Notes: generated from the sequence alone by a model not told the origin. 63,021 nucleotides of DNA, filler included, from Stramenopiles sp. TOSAG23-3 (GCA_900128585.1; 3 parts of 3 records of this genome joined end to end with filler, not necessarily neighbours in it), one strand, 5' to 3'. Positions 32,972 to 43,895 are shown, counted from the whole stretch's first letter. Numbers and translations: made by a program.

Positions 32972-33391
32972 CTACGTGGCAATGTCCACTAGGTCATGGT
33001 CCACCCTTTTTCCGCCCGAATGCACTCTACTACTACATTCTGTACAAAATATCTCCTCGCACTCTTCACAAGAAATCTCCGCTTTCGCGCTCAGGCAGTC
33101 ATCACAAACTTTGTCCCCACCAGTCGTGAACGGTGCGTCTGCCATCCATCGAACGACACTATCGTAGTCTTTCTCGTCACTTCGAACATACACCGCACTA
33201 TCAATAATGCAAATTTCCCCGCGCTTACTCAAATTGTTGTTATCACGTGATATATACAACGTGGTTCCCAACGGCCTCTTTCTTCTTTCATTTTCATAAT
33301 TTTCATAGTCGTACGGCAAACAATTATATCCGCACACAACTCGCAGCCGCACTCGCGGGGCAACACTACCGTCGCTTTCCTTTTCTGACAT
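32972..33391 (-). CDS. Small B-box zinc-finger protein
   Basis: ATG at 33391. C-terminal CDDC...CEECEEIFCTECSSRVH...DH is a B-box signature. Confidence 0.75.
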   Translation of the reverse strand: MSEKESDGSVAPRVRLRVVCGYNCLPYDYENYENERRKRPLGTTLYISRDNNNLSKRGEICIIDSAVYVRSDEKDYDSVVRWMADAPFTTGGDKVCDDCLSAKAEISCEECEEIFCTECSSRVHSGGKRVDHDLVDIAT

Positions 33392-33572
33392 AACTAAGTA
33401 GAGCAATTCACTGCATAAACTTAAGCGATCTTGTGAAAATAGTTCGATCGCGTTTCACAGTTTCCAGACACTCTTACATCAGATATACTGTTTGTATTAA
33501 TTAAATGATCGCCAATGCTTCCATTCATTTACTAGAAATAAGTAAATAAAAAAAAGTTACTAATACAATTCT

Positions 33573-33647
33573 GAAGAAGAAGAAGAAGAAGAAGAAGAAG
33601 AAGAAGAAGAAGAAGAAGAAGAAGAAGAAGAAGAAGAAGAAGAAGAA
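33573..33647. repeat. (GAA)25 microsatellite
   Basis: Direct reading. Confidence 0.95.
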
Positions 33648-34100
33648 GAGAACGGACGACTACGATTTTCAATACTACACTTAGTCTATATCTTCTAAAT
33701 AATTAAAATAAATTAATAATAATAGAATGAAGAAGAATAATGATGAAGAAGAAGGAGGACGATTATTATTTGTTGTTATTAATAAAATTAATAAAATATG
33801 ATATTTTATTTTAAATTAAAATACTACTCGTACGTACTACCTGTACGTCACTGCTGTGATGAGAGAGGAGGAGAGGCGCGAGAGGCGAGACCAAAATGTC
33901 TCTGTAAAACAACCAAAAATCAACCTCAAATACGAGAAGACGAAAAGTTAAATTGATGCAACGAAACGATTGGTGATTCATTTTGATCGATGTTTCCATA
34001 TTTTTTTCAAGACGGTGTTTGATACGTTGGTGTATGCTGGGTGTTGTCGGAAAGTTGAACGATATTTAAGAGAACGTATATCCGGCCCGGGCTTTGAAAC

Positions 34101-35402
34101 ATGCGGTCTTGGTTTTGGCGGGAGCCTTTATACCGCGTAGTCTTAGGGTTGCTGCTGGTTATGGACTATTTTTCGTACCTTTTGAGATGGGTAGGCGTTT
34201 TGAAAGATAAATCCAACTTTGTACCGGGCCAGCAAGTACAATTGGCATTTTTGGAGGAGAAAAATGAGCTTGGCGTTGATTTCGAGGACACGTTTCACGA
34301 AGAGGCACTCCGGAACGTTCTTCCCGGACTGTGGAACTGGTATTTGTACGGTCGGTTGTTTCCCAAGTTAATGATCCAGCCTTCTCTTCAGCGGAAGCGG
34401 AACGTTGAATTGCGCTACAAACAGCGTCTCCAATCAGGGACGTTAAGAAAACATTTGCCACTGACGATATGGATTGTTGGGCTGCCAAGAACGGGCTCAA
34501 CGTTTTTTCACAAGCTCTTGGCGTTGGATGATAGGGGTTACGCCGCGCGGCACTGGGAACTTCGTGCCCCTGTTCCCCCGGCCTCTGGGGCCGATTCGCG
34601 CCTGGAAGATTGCAGGACCTTCAACAAATCTGCGTATAGTATGATGCCAAAGATGAGGCGTATACATAATGTTGAAGCGGAAGACCCAGACGAATGCGTC
34701 ATGGGGTTTTGTGATTGCGCGTTCCCAGAGTTTTACCTGTGGGGCTGCCGGGACATGAAGCCGGCCTACGACTGGTACATGGGGAGCACGATGGTTCCAC
34801 AGTACTCAAATTATAAGAAACTTCTGCAAGTATTGTGCAGCCAGAAAGACAAGACATGCAGCTCACATGTCGTCTTGAAGTCGCCCCACCACACAGCAAA
34901 ACTAAAGACAATCGCCAAGATTTTCCCAAACTCAAGGTTTGTCTGGCTTCATCGTCCTCTTGAGAACGTCGTTGCCTCGACGTGTAGCATGAACGAAACC
35001 CTGAACGACTATACCGATGCATTTTATTTGCCGTCACAAAAAATGGGGGAACGAACGTTAGATCGCTTGGCAGATGTCATGAAGCGCGGATTAAAAGAGC
35101 GTCGAGAGCTTGAAGATACGAAAAAAAGCATGCCCCCGAAATTTACGGACATTTACTACAACGAGTTAATCGCGGACCCGATTGGAACCGTCAAAACGCT
35201 TTACAAGGAGTGCGGCCTGACGGTGTCCAAAGAATTCGAGCAGCGTCTGACGACATATTTGGAAGACCAGGCCGAAATGCGGCGGCAACGGCGGAGCACC
35301 GGAGCCTCTCACAAATACACGCTGGAGAATTTCGGTTTGACGAAAGAAGCAGTGAACCACCAGTTTGAAGAGTACCTAAAGGTGCATGGGGAGGGACTGT
35401 AA
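34101..35402 (+). CDS. PAPS-dependent sulfotransferase (Sulfotransfer_3 / Stf3-like)
   Basis: 5'-PSB loop IVGLPRTGSTFFH; PDEC; VLKSPHH; 3'-PB WLHRP...VASTCS; ELIADPIG. Confidence 0.9.
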   Translation: MRSWFWREPLYRVVLGLLLVMDYFSYLLRWVGVLKDKSNFVPGQQVQLAFLEEKNELGVDFEDTFHEEALRNVLPGLWNWYLYGRLFPKLMIQPSLQRKRNVELRYKQRLQSGTLRKHLPLTIWIVGLPRTGSTFFHKLLALDDRGYAARHWELRAPVPPASGADSRLEDCRTFNKSAYSMMPKMRRIHNVEAEDPDECVMGFCDCAFPEFYLWGCRDMKPAYDWYMGSTMVPQYSNYKKLLQVLCSQKDKTCSSHVVLKSPHHTAKLKTIAKIFPNSRFVWLHRPLENVVASTCSMNETLNDYTDAFYLPSQKMGERTLDRLADVMKRGLKERRELEDTKKSMPPKFTDIYYNELIADPIGTVKTLYKECGLTVSKEFEQRLTTYLEDQAEMRRQRRSTGASHKYTLENFGLTKEAVNHQFEEYLKVHGEGL

Positions 35403-35645
35403 ACAAGCTGGGTTAAAATGTGCTTGTGTAACCGCTCATACCGTAGTCGCGCTGTACCTTTACTCTTTTACGAGAATTAATATATTTTCTGAAGTTTAGT
35501 AAACTTCCTTTGTTATCATATTCTACAACTACACGCTCACCAATTAAGATCTCAGTCCTCTAATCTTACTCCATCAAGGAATTCGGCTGCGGAGCCCCGT
35601 CTAGGAGCACAAGTAGTGCTAAAGATTAAAGAAGTCTATCTCTCA

Positions 35646-35873
35646 TCAATCTTTTTTAGTTTTTTCCTCTCCAAGGTAACTTCCAATAACGTTCGAGCTG
35701 AAAGTAGACAGTAGTGAGCAAATTACAATAGAAACACTCAACAACATCAAATCGTGCGGCGGCGGCCATTCCGACAGAGTCACCTGACCACTTTTCCCAA
35801 TATTATAGTGCAACAAAGCCTCCAAAAAGAAAAAGAAGCAGGTCACACTGATTTGAATTAACGCGGTCATCAT
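35646..35873 (-). CDS. 75-aa two-helix membrane protein of unknown function
   Basis: ATG at 35873; two hydrophobic segments around EALLHYNIGK; coding-like composition. Confidence 0.65.
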   Translation of the reverse strand: MMTALIQISVTCFFFFLEALLHYNIGKSGQVTLSEWPPPHDLMLLSVSIVICSLLSTFSSNVIGSYLGEEKTKKD

Positions 35874-36180
35874 TTTGCCAACTTGATACCTGCGACGACC
35901 GTTCAAAACCAAGCACAAGGAACGAAATTCAATACACCAACTCTTGTTTTCCTGCAGAGCTACGTTAAACTATTTATGTCGTCGAGTAGAAAGAAAAAAA
36001 TCAAGCAAACACTTTCCTAACTGTTCGTTCTACTATTATAAAAGTGTTGATGGAATAGAAGCCGTCTTAAACTATTATTTATTATTTATTATTTTTTATT
36101 TTAGTCGTCTCTAATAATAATAATAAATAATAATCAACTCTCTTCTCTCTTCTCACCCCCAACAACAAAGCGAAAGCGCC

Positions 36181-36392
36181 AGAAGAAGAAGAAGAAGAAG
36201 AAGAAGAAGAAGAAAGAAGAAGAAGAAAGAAGAAGAAGAAAGAAGAAGAAGAAGAAGAAAGAAGAAGAAGAAAGAAGAAGAAGAAGAAGAAGAAAGAAGA
36301 AGAAGAAGAAGAAAGAAGAAGAAGAAGAAGAAGAAAGAAGAAGAAGAAAGAAGAAGAAGAAGAAGAAGAAAGAAGAAGAAGAAGAAGAAGAA
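36181..36392. repeat. Compound (GAA)n/GAAA polypurine tract
   Basis: About 210 nt of purines between divergent genes. Confidence 0.95.
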
Positions 36393-36672
36393 GGAATAAT
36401 AATATAAGAAGAAAATGAAAATGAAAAGATACTACACAAAAAGACGACTATAAAATAATAATAATATAATAATTGTCGTTTTCTTTATTTGAATTGATTG
36501 ATTGATTGATTGCGCATGATCCAAGCAAAACAAACCGAAACAAACCAAACGATTCAATTATTAGTATTCTTTCTTTAGCTCGACTCTTCATAAAATTTAC
36601 TCATCTCTCAGTTTACTATTTAGCCACCATCCACATTTTTCGAATTCAGAAGACAGTCTTCTTGCTTTTACA

Positions 36673-39657
36673 ATGAGTTTCTTGGACCATTTGTTTACTA
36701 AGATTGTTGCGGGGGAGATTCCTTCGTACAAGATTTACGAGGACGAACTAACGTACGCTTTTCTCGACATCAACCCCCTCTCGGAAGGTCACTCTTTGGT
36801 TATTCCAAAGAAGAAGTACGTAAAGATGGACGATGTGCCGGCCAAGACAGCCGCGGCGCTCGGAAAAACGGTGAACTTGATTGCCGCTGCTATCAAGAAA
36901 GCCACGGGGTGCGCGGACTACAACATTCTGCAAAACAACGGGAAGGCCGCCCACCAGGAAGTCCCTCACGTCCACTTTCATATTATTCCAAAAAAGGGAA
37001 GCATGGGCCTCGGGGTCAAGTGGGACGCGCAGAAATTGTCGGAGGCCGAAGGCAAGGCCGTGCAGGGGAAGATCGTCTCGGCAATTGCCGAAGCGTCCGA
37101 GGACGAGCACCGCTTGTCGCAGAAGGTCGTTCCGCGAAACTACCAGCTGACGCTGAGCCCGGACTTGGGCACGTTCTCGTTTACGGGCAAGGTCGTGATT
37201 GAAGTCGACGTGCTGGAGCCCACTAGCTCGGTCACGATGCACGCGGCAGACATTGATAATGTCTCCGCGCGCGCGTGGAAGTGCGGCACGGACAGCTCGA
37301 ACGGACAAGCGATGACGGGGGTCAGCTTCAACGAGAAAAAGCAGCAGATGACGCTGGAGTTTGCAGAGGCTTTCCCAGCCGGCGCCCACTCCCTTGAGAT
37401 CACGTTCACCGGGACACTGAACGACAAGATGCATGGGTTCTACCGGTCCACGTACAAGGACCCGAACGGAGAAGAGAAGGTCATGGCGACCACGCAGTTC
37501 GAAGCCACGGACGCGCGCCGGGCATTCCCGTGCTGGGACGAGCCCGCCTTCAAGGCCACATTCGACATGACGTTGATCATCTCCGACCCGAAGCTGACGG
37601 CACTCTCCAACATGCCGGTTCGCTCGACCGAGACCTTGGACAACGGAAGCGTGTCGTACACGTACTGGAGAACCCCTGTGATGAGCACGTACCTTCTTGC
37701 CTTCATCGTGGGGGAGCTCGAGAGCATATCGGGAAAAACGGAGAGCGGCACGGAGGTGAGCATTTACACCACGCCCGGGAAGCTGAACCAGGCAGAGTTC
37801 GCCTTGGACACCGGCATCAAAGTCCTGAACTTCTTCGAGGAATACATGGGGATCCGGTACCCTCTCCCGAAGCAGGACATGGTGGGCATCCCGGACTTCG
37901 CCGCCGGGGCCATGGAGAACTGGGGCCTGATCACGTACCGCGAGACTGCCCTTTTCGCCACGGCCGAATCTTCGGCGTCTGGCAAGCAGCGGGTCGCCTA
38001 CGTGATTGCGCACGAGCTGGCCCACCAGTGGTTTGGGAACCTTGTGACGATGGAGTGGTGGTCGGATCTGTGGCTGAACGAGGGGTTTGCGACGTGGGCC
38101 GGGTGGGTCGCCATCGACAACATTTTTCCGGAGTGGGACGTTTGGACGAACTTTACGAACGACGACGTCGGGTACGCCATGAAGGTGGACGCTCTGGCCA
38201 GTAGCCACCCCATCCAAGTAGCGATCGGCGACCCCTCGGAAATCGACCAAGTCTTCGATGCCCTTAGCTACAGCAAGGGCGCGTCGATGATACGAATGGT
38301 CGAGGCCCACGTCGGCGCGGACGTGTTCCGGCTGTCCCTTCGCAATTACCTGGAGCGCCACCAGTACAAGAACACGTTGACCGCGGACTTGTGGGCAGCC
38401 ATTTCGGAGTGCGCCGGGTACAACGTGGCCGAGATCATGGACTCGTGGTGCCTGCACATGGGGTTCCCGGTCATAAATGTGGAGTCCCGCAAGGGGAACG
38501 TCCTGTCCTTGAGCCAGTCCCGCTTCCTGTCGGGTGGCCAGAAAGACGCGGGGGACCACAAGTGGGCCGTTCCCCTGCACGGCCTGAACTCGACCGGGCA
38601 GGTGACCAGCACCATGCTAAACGGGGAAACGTGCGAGTTTGCGGCCGAGGGGGGGTGGCTGAAGCTGAACGCCGGCCAGACCAGCTTCGTCCGAGTAAAC
38701 TACGACGAAGAGGGCTGGAAAGCATTGCAGGATCCGATATCGTCCCGCGCCCTGCCCCCCGTGGACCGGCTCGGGATCGTCATGGACGCGTTCGCGCTCG
38801 CCAAGGCCGGGATGATGGCGACCCCGACCGCGCTGGACCTTTGCCGCGCGTACAAGGACGAGGACTGCTACCCTGTGTGGAACGCCGTCAACAGCGGCCT
38901 GGCGGAGGTCTCCGACATTTGCTCGGGGTGCGACTTTTTCAAAAAGTACGAGTCCTTCTGCGGGGAGGTGTTCGGGAACCTGCACGCCAGGCTCGGCTGG
39001 ACGGCGAAGGACGGCGAAGGCGACCTGACAAAGAAGCTGCGGGCGCTGTGCCTGGGCGCGGCTGCAAAGTACGGGAACGACGCCGTCGTGAAGGAGGCGC
39101 TGTCCCGGTTCAAATCGTACTGCGACGGGGGCGATCTGGACGCGGACCTGCGCTCCGTCGTCTTCAAGTGCGCGGTGAAGTTTGGTGGCCCCGCAGAGTT
39201 TGACAAAATGCTGGAGCTCTACGAATCGCTCCCGACGCCGGAGCAGCAGATGACGGCCCTGACAGCGGCAAGCCTTACCCGCGACCCCGCGTGCGTCGCA
39301 AAGTACTTGGAATTTGCGTTCAGCGGAAAGGTGAAGAAGAACAACGTCCTGTACGTTTTTGCCGGGCTCGCTGGGAACGCGGCAGCCCGGGACGCCGCGT
39401 GGGAGTTCGTCAAGGCAAACTGGAAGGGCAAGATCACGCCCATGTTTGAAGGGTCCCACGGGCTATACGCTTACATGGTCGCGCTTCCCATCCGTGGCTT
39501 CGTTACCTTTGAAAAGGCGCAGGAGGCGGAAGACTTTTTTACGGAAAACCCTGTGCCGGCGGCGTCCATGCGGCTGAGCCAGACCCTGGAAAGCATTCGG
39601 ACGCGGGCCAGCTGGCTCCAGCGCGAAGAGAAAGCGCTCGCGGCGTTCTTTGCGTGA
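36673..39657 (+). CDS. HIT (HINT-type) hydrolase fused to a puromycin-sensitive-type M1 aminopeptidase
   Basis: aa 1-~135: LFTKIVAGEIPS, AFLDINPLSEGHSLVIPK, NNGKAAHQEVPHVHFHIIP (histidine triad). From aa ~145: TQFEATDARRAFPCWDEP, GAMENWGL, HELAHQWFGNLVTMEWWSDLWLNEG, YSKG, then an ERAP1-like C domain. One uninterrupted 994-aa ORF. Confidence 0.96.
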   Translation: MSFLDHLFTKIVAGEIPSYKIYEDELTYAFLDINPLSEGHSLVIPKKKYVKMDDVPAKTAAALGKTVNLIAAAIKKATGCADYNILQNNGKAAHQEVPHVHFHIIPKKGSMGLGVKWDAQKLSEAEGKAVQGKIVSAIAEASEDEHRLSQKVVPRNYQLTLSPDLGTFSFTGKVVIEVDVLEPTSSVTMHAADIDNVSARAWKCGTDSSNGQAMTGVSFNEKKQQMTLEFAEAFPAGAHSLEITFTGTLNDKMHGFYRSTYKDPNGEEKVMATTQFEATDARRAFPCWDEPAFKATFDMTLIISDPKLTALSNMPVRSTETLDNGSVSYTYWRTPVMSTYLLAFIVGELESISGKTESGTEVSIYTTPGKLNQAEFALDTGIKVLNFFEEYMGIRYPLPKQDMVGIPDFAAGAMENWGLITYRETALFATAESSASGKQRVAYVIAHELAHQWFGNLVTMEWWSDLWLNEGFATWAGWVAIDNIFPEWDVWTNFTNDDVGYAMKVDALASSHPIQVAIGDPSEIDQVFDALSYSKGASMIRMVEAHVGADVFRLSLRNYLERHQYKNTLTADLWAAISECAGYNVAEIMDSWCLHMGFPVINVESRKGNVLSLSQSRFLSGGQKDAGDHKWAVPLHGLNSTGQVTSTMLNGETCEFAAEGGWLKLNAGQTSFVRVNYDEEGWKALQDPISSRALPPVDRLGIVMDAFALAKAGMMATPTALDLCRAYKDEDCYPVWNAVNSGLAEVSDICSGCDFFKKYESFCGEVFGNLHARLGWTAKDGEGDLTKKLRALCLGAAAKYGNDAVVKEALSRFKSYCDGGDLDADLRSVVFKCAVKFGGPAEFDKMLELYESLPTPEQQMTALTAASLTRDPACVAKYLEFAFSGKVKKNNVLYVFAGLAGNAAARDAAWEFVKANWKGKITPMFEGSHGLYAYMVALPIRGFVTFEKAQEAEDFFTENPVPAASMRLSQTLESIRTRASWLQREEKALAAFFA

Positions 39658-39999
39658 ATCAGAGTGCGCGGGAGATGAATAATTTCTTACCGGTCAGTGC
39701 GGTACGTCATTCTTAAGAATTCTTAAAGAATCCTATATGAGATTACGTTAAACATATCTATATATAATTTGTTTTCAATAAATTGTGTCGAACACGACTT
39801 CTTTAAACAATATGCGCGTATGCACCCGAGAGTGTACGAAGTATTTTACGAATTGTTGTTGAATACACATAGCCATTTAAATATTGTCTTATTGTTGAAA
39901 CAATTATCATATCATACCTTACGCTTTACTTTCTTTATAAAGTTTTACACACTTTCGTCCGCTAAAAAACTGTTGTAAAGGGGGAAAGTTGCCTCCCGT

Positions 40000-40821
40000 T
40001 TACTCTTCGTCCTCGTCGTCGTCCGAATCGTCCTCGTCGTCATCGTCGTCCGAGTCGTCCTCGTCGCTCTCTTCGTCCTCGGCGGCTATCTCGTCCATGG
40101 CAGCTTTGCGGGCAGCAAGGGCATCTTCTGGCTTTACCATCGCCCACTTCATGCCGGTCTCTTCGCACACCCAGCTCATCTCCAAAAGGTAAGGCTTGTC
40201 TTTGACGTCGTCGTGGACAATCTCAATGATCTTAGCGAGGTCTTTGAGCGCCTCCCTGCAGGTCTTGTCGGAAAATTTCATGCGCTCGATCTCCGTCTTG
40301 GCCGCACGGGCGCCCTTTCCCACGGAGTGGCCAAAGTAGCGAAGGGCGTTGCCGGCAGAGTCTACGCCATAGAGTTCGGCCTCTTTGTTGGTCGCGTCGT
40401 ACCCGGCGAAAATGAAGCTTGCGCCGAAGGGCCTGAACTGGTAATAACATGTATACGCGTGGATGAACTGCCCCATTTGGTCCGCCAGCTGCTGCGGGAT
40501 GATGGGAAGCGCGTAGGCGCCTTTGAACTGCTTCGCGACGGAGCGCGCGCGCAAGGCCAGCTGCCGCCCGTCCGGCAAAATCCCCGACGTGACCATTCCG
40601 CAGTGAAGGTCCAAACCAAAATGGGCCCGGTTGCTCGAATCTACCAACATTTTCGAAAACAGCAACTTCTCGTTGGCCAAGACTACCCCGTCCTTGCACT
40701 TAACCCCGATTGATGTGCCGCCTGAATCGATCGCCTTTTGGGCGTATTCCACTTGAAAAATTCTACCGTCGGGACTATAGATCGTGGGCGCATAATCGTA
40801 TCCAGCTCCAGTCGAAGACAT
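40000..40821 (-). CDS. PSMA3: 20S proteasome subunit alpha type-3 (alpha7)
   Basis: MSSTGAGYD...YSPDGRIFQVEYAQKA, GKGARAAKTEIE, VHDDVKDKPYLLEMSWV, acidic tail. Confidence 0.97.
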   Translation of the reverse strand: MSSTGAGYDYAPTIYSPDGRIFQVEYAQKAIDSGGTSIGVKCKDGVVLANEKLLFSKMLVDSSNRAHFGLDLHCGMVTSGILPDGRQLALRARSVAKQFKGAYALPIIPQQLADQMGQFIHAYTCYYQFRPFGASFIFAGYDATNKEAELYGVDSAGNALRYFGHSVGKGARAAKTEIERMKFSDKTCREALKDLAKIIEIVHDDVKDKPYLLEMSWVCEETGMKWAMVKPEDALAARKAAMDEIAAEDEESDEDDSDDDDDEDDSDDDEDEE

Positions 40822-41971
40822 GTCGGTGGTGGTGCTTCAAAGTTTATGTAGTATACGTGAACCGTTGGGTTGGAAAGAAAACAGTTTGTCTGTACGTACG
40901 TTATGACAAACAACAGGATTTTTCTTCTTTGGTTTTTTCGATCTTCGTTTCAAACACATTAGTTTTCTTTCGTAGATGTTTGTATAGTTTAGTTCGTTTT
41001 TGGTTCTAAATTCAAATCAATTTTATTTTTTCTTAAATAATAATGTAATAATATAATAATAGACTAGTATATAATTCTTTTATTATTATTTTTATATTTT
41101 TTATATTTTATTATTTATTAATTTTAACTCTACCGATATCACTACAACACCTCCTCCTCCTCCTCCTCCTACTCAAATATAATAGTTATTTATTAAATAC
41201 ACCACATACTACTACAACAATAACAACCTTCTTTCATCAAGAAGAATAAAATGGGAAAGAAGAAAGAAAAAAAGAAGAAGAAAGAGAATGGTGTGTCCAT
41301 CTTAAAAAATAAAATATCTTAATAGTGTTATGATATAGGGTTGAGAACATTTTTAAGAAGGAATTTTGAATAAATAATTTATATAGGTAATTATATTCTT
41401 TACACTATATATACATTGTATTTAGTATAATATTTTTATAAATTCTTCCTTCCTTCCAAATTCAATTCAAAGGTTCAAAGGCCTTTTCGTTAGTAGTGAG
41501 ATGTCCGTCTATTTATATGTAATAAATAATTATAATAATAGATAAGGAAATTCATACTGTAGCTATAATACAATGACTAAGAAGTGTCATTTCATTCTGT
41601 CCGATTCATATAAAATATACAGTTATAATAGTCTAGTTATATTGTACAAAGTAATCGATCAAAATAATAATAACTATAATAACTATAGCTCTGTACCCTT
41701 AAAAACATTAATATCTCTTTTTTCTTTTTAGAGCTTTTTTTGAAAGATTTGAATTTGAAGAAGAAAGAAATTAAATTAAAAAAAAAAGGAATTTACACTA
41801 CACTACACTATGGATAAAGAATTCTATACTATAACATGTATTTAATTAGAAACTGAGTCAAAGAAGAAATAAAAATGAAAAATATAAATAGAGGGGCACA
41901 GTATGAATAGAACAAACACTACATAATATATTTATTTAAGTATGGATAAGCAAGAAAGCAAAGAAAAATAA

Positions 41972-41986
41972 GGAAGGAAGGAAGGA

Positions 41987-42058
<72 letters not shown>

Positions 42059-42059
42059 A
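41972..42059. repeat. (GGAA)/(GAAA)n microsatellite at contig end
   Basis: Direct reading. Confidence 0.95.
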
Positions 42060-42159
42060 NNNNNNNNNNNNNNNNNNNNNNNNNNNNNNNNNNNNNNNNN
42101 NNNTTAATTAATTAANNNNNNNNNNNNNNNNNNNNNNNNNNNNNNNNNNNNNNNNNNNN
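42060..42159. other. Artificial contig linker N44-TTAATTAATTAA-N44
   Basis: Same 100-nt structure as 21066-21165. Confidence 0.97.
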
Positions 42160-42160
42160 C

Positions 42161-42557
42161 CTCTTCACGCAGTGCCAAGCGATTCACGCTCGGTCCTTTC
42201 TCCCCTGCCAAGATACGCCCGGCGCGAAGACGACGTACACGGCGACGATAACGACACCAAAAGCGCTCACTGCGATCATGTCGGCACTGGGAAACGGCAA
42301 CTCGAGTTTCGTTCGATGGCGACGATTGGCACACGTTCACCTTCGAGCAGCCGGTCGCCTGTGCGTCCTACATAATCGCGCTGGCCGTCGGAGATCTTGG
42401 GTTTCAAGAGACCGGCCCCCACACGGGTGTGTGGGCGGAGAAGGGCGTCGTCGAGCAAGCGGCGTATGAGTTCGATGCAAAGGAGGCCATGGTCAACGCT
42501 GCGGAGAAAGTATGCGGGCCCTACGAATGGGGGCGCTACGATGTCCTGTGCATGCCA
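42161..42557 (+). pseudogene. LTA4H: Leukotriene A4 hydrolase-type M1 aminopeptidase fragment, frameshifted and truncated
   Basis: [28 protein letters not shown]; then, after a 4-nt duplication (TTCGTTCG, ~42308-42315), [21 protein letters not shown]...VWAE...CGPYEWGRYDVLCMP. Homology stops just before the expected PSFPYGGMEN. Confidence 0.8.
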
Positions 42558-42626
42558 AATTTTTTGGCGACCATCCTCCTCGTTGTCCTTCGCAGACAGG
42601 GAGCCCTCTCCTCAATTTTCTTTGGA

Positions 42627-42653
42627 CCCCCCCCCCCCCCCCCCCCCCCCCCC
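42627..42653. repeat. C27 homopolymer
   Basis: Direct reading. Confidence 0.9.
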
Positions 42654-43584
42654 GATTCGCTCGAACTCTCAGAGTGCGCGTCATTACTGCGGCGGCTTGT
42701 GTGGACTTTCTGCTTTTTTGCCACCCTCTTGGGGACCCGTCTACCCTCTCTTCTACGCTTCACAGGCATATTAAAACCGCAGGATGAATAAAAATATTAC
42801 ATTTGGAGCGAAACTTTTAACAGAACAGGGGAGAACAGGGAAGTGCTGTGGAATTCGTCCACAGCCGTCCCCAAATTGGGCAAAAAAATGAGTTACAGTA
42901 TCAACGTGTCATAGACAAGAGGAACGTCCAAGAGTTGAAGCAAAGTGGGAGTTAACTAGAATACATTTGGACAAAAGACTTCCCAAAAAAGAATGGGTTA
43001 AATGTTTGCGAAAGAGTAAAAGTTTATGTTCCAAGTGATTCATGTCGCATTTTAAAATTATTTTGGAAACCAACCCAATGATATGCCTATGTAATAAATA
43101 TCCCAATCTTTTCGCTGTGGACGATTTTCGTCCACAACAACAATGAAAAATAGAATGGAAATAAGAGGTAATTTAGAAAATCTGTGTTAGCTAAAGTATA
43201 AGCTAAAGAGACGTACTTCGACTACAAGACTCTTTTCAGAAACTCTCTGAAAATTTGCCACCCCAGTCAGACACCTATTCCACACTCTAGGTTCTGATTG
43301 TTAGAAACACCTTGCACCGTAAACAACCTTCAACAACCGCTCACAGCCATTCATTTTCATCATCATCTTCATCACTTTCCTGCTGTTACTTCCTTAACGT
43401 CTTTTTGTCATACTACAGTAATTTAAATATTTTTTCTAATTTTCGACGATTTTTTTTTCTTCCTATATTTAGTAGACTATACAACTAGTACCATTGATGT
43501 GCGCGGCCTAAATTTACTATCCCGGCTATGAGTTATAGTATGATAATTAAAATTAAAGAAAAAAGAAGGTGTCAGTTCAAGAAC

Positions 43585-43895
43585 AATATCTCCTCCTATT
43601 GCAGATCCTCCCCAAGTTCTGGCATAAATGTTTTAAAGGGGCTCGTTGTCTGTGGTACTGCCCAATGAAATAATGATCGTTTCCTGTTCGTATACACATA
43701 CAGATGTAAGTGTACCTTCTGGGAATTCTAAACGGCTAGGCCGGTCAGCGATTTCCTGGACATAAAAAAACAAGAAAAATTGGCTGTTATTTCCAGAACA
43801 TATTCGTAATGTCACTCCCAAGTATGAAATTAAGACTAGGCAGATTGCTCTCCTAGGGACGATGTTACCGTTTGGTATTAATCAAGTCCTTCTAG
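43585..43895 (-). mobile_element. Fragments of the CAAGAAAATTGGCTG family
   Basis: 43586-43622 is the reverse complement of ~61913-61949; 43621-43680 is the reverse complement of ~25930-25990; terminal motif at 43771; 43848-43892 matches 49708-49752. Confidence 0.75.

Noticed and set aside
36134-36439. Poly-Ser/Phe/Leu ORF
   Set aside because: Translation of the GAA repeat tract.
36748-39459. Long antisense ORFs (610 aa and 280 aa) over the aminopeptidase, and similar shadows over primase and the GH-like gene
   Set aside because: Expected shadow ORFs of GC-rich coding sequence, with no recognisable motifs.
36673-42557. Apparent proteolysis cluster (M1 peptidase, proteasome alpha7, LTA4H)
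   Set aside because: The LTA4H fragment lies beyond an artificial linker. Only the first two genes are truly adjacent.
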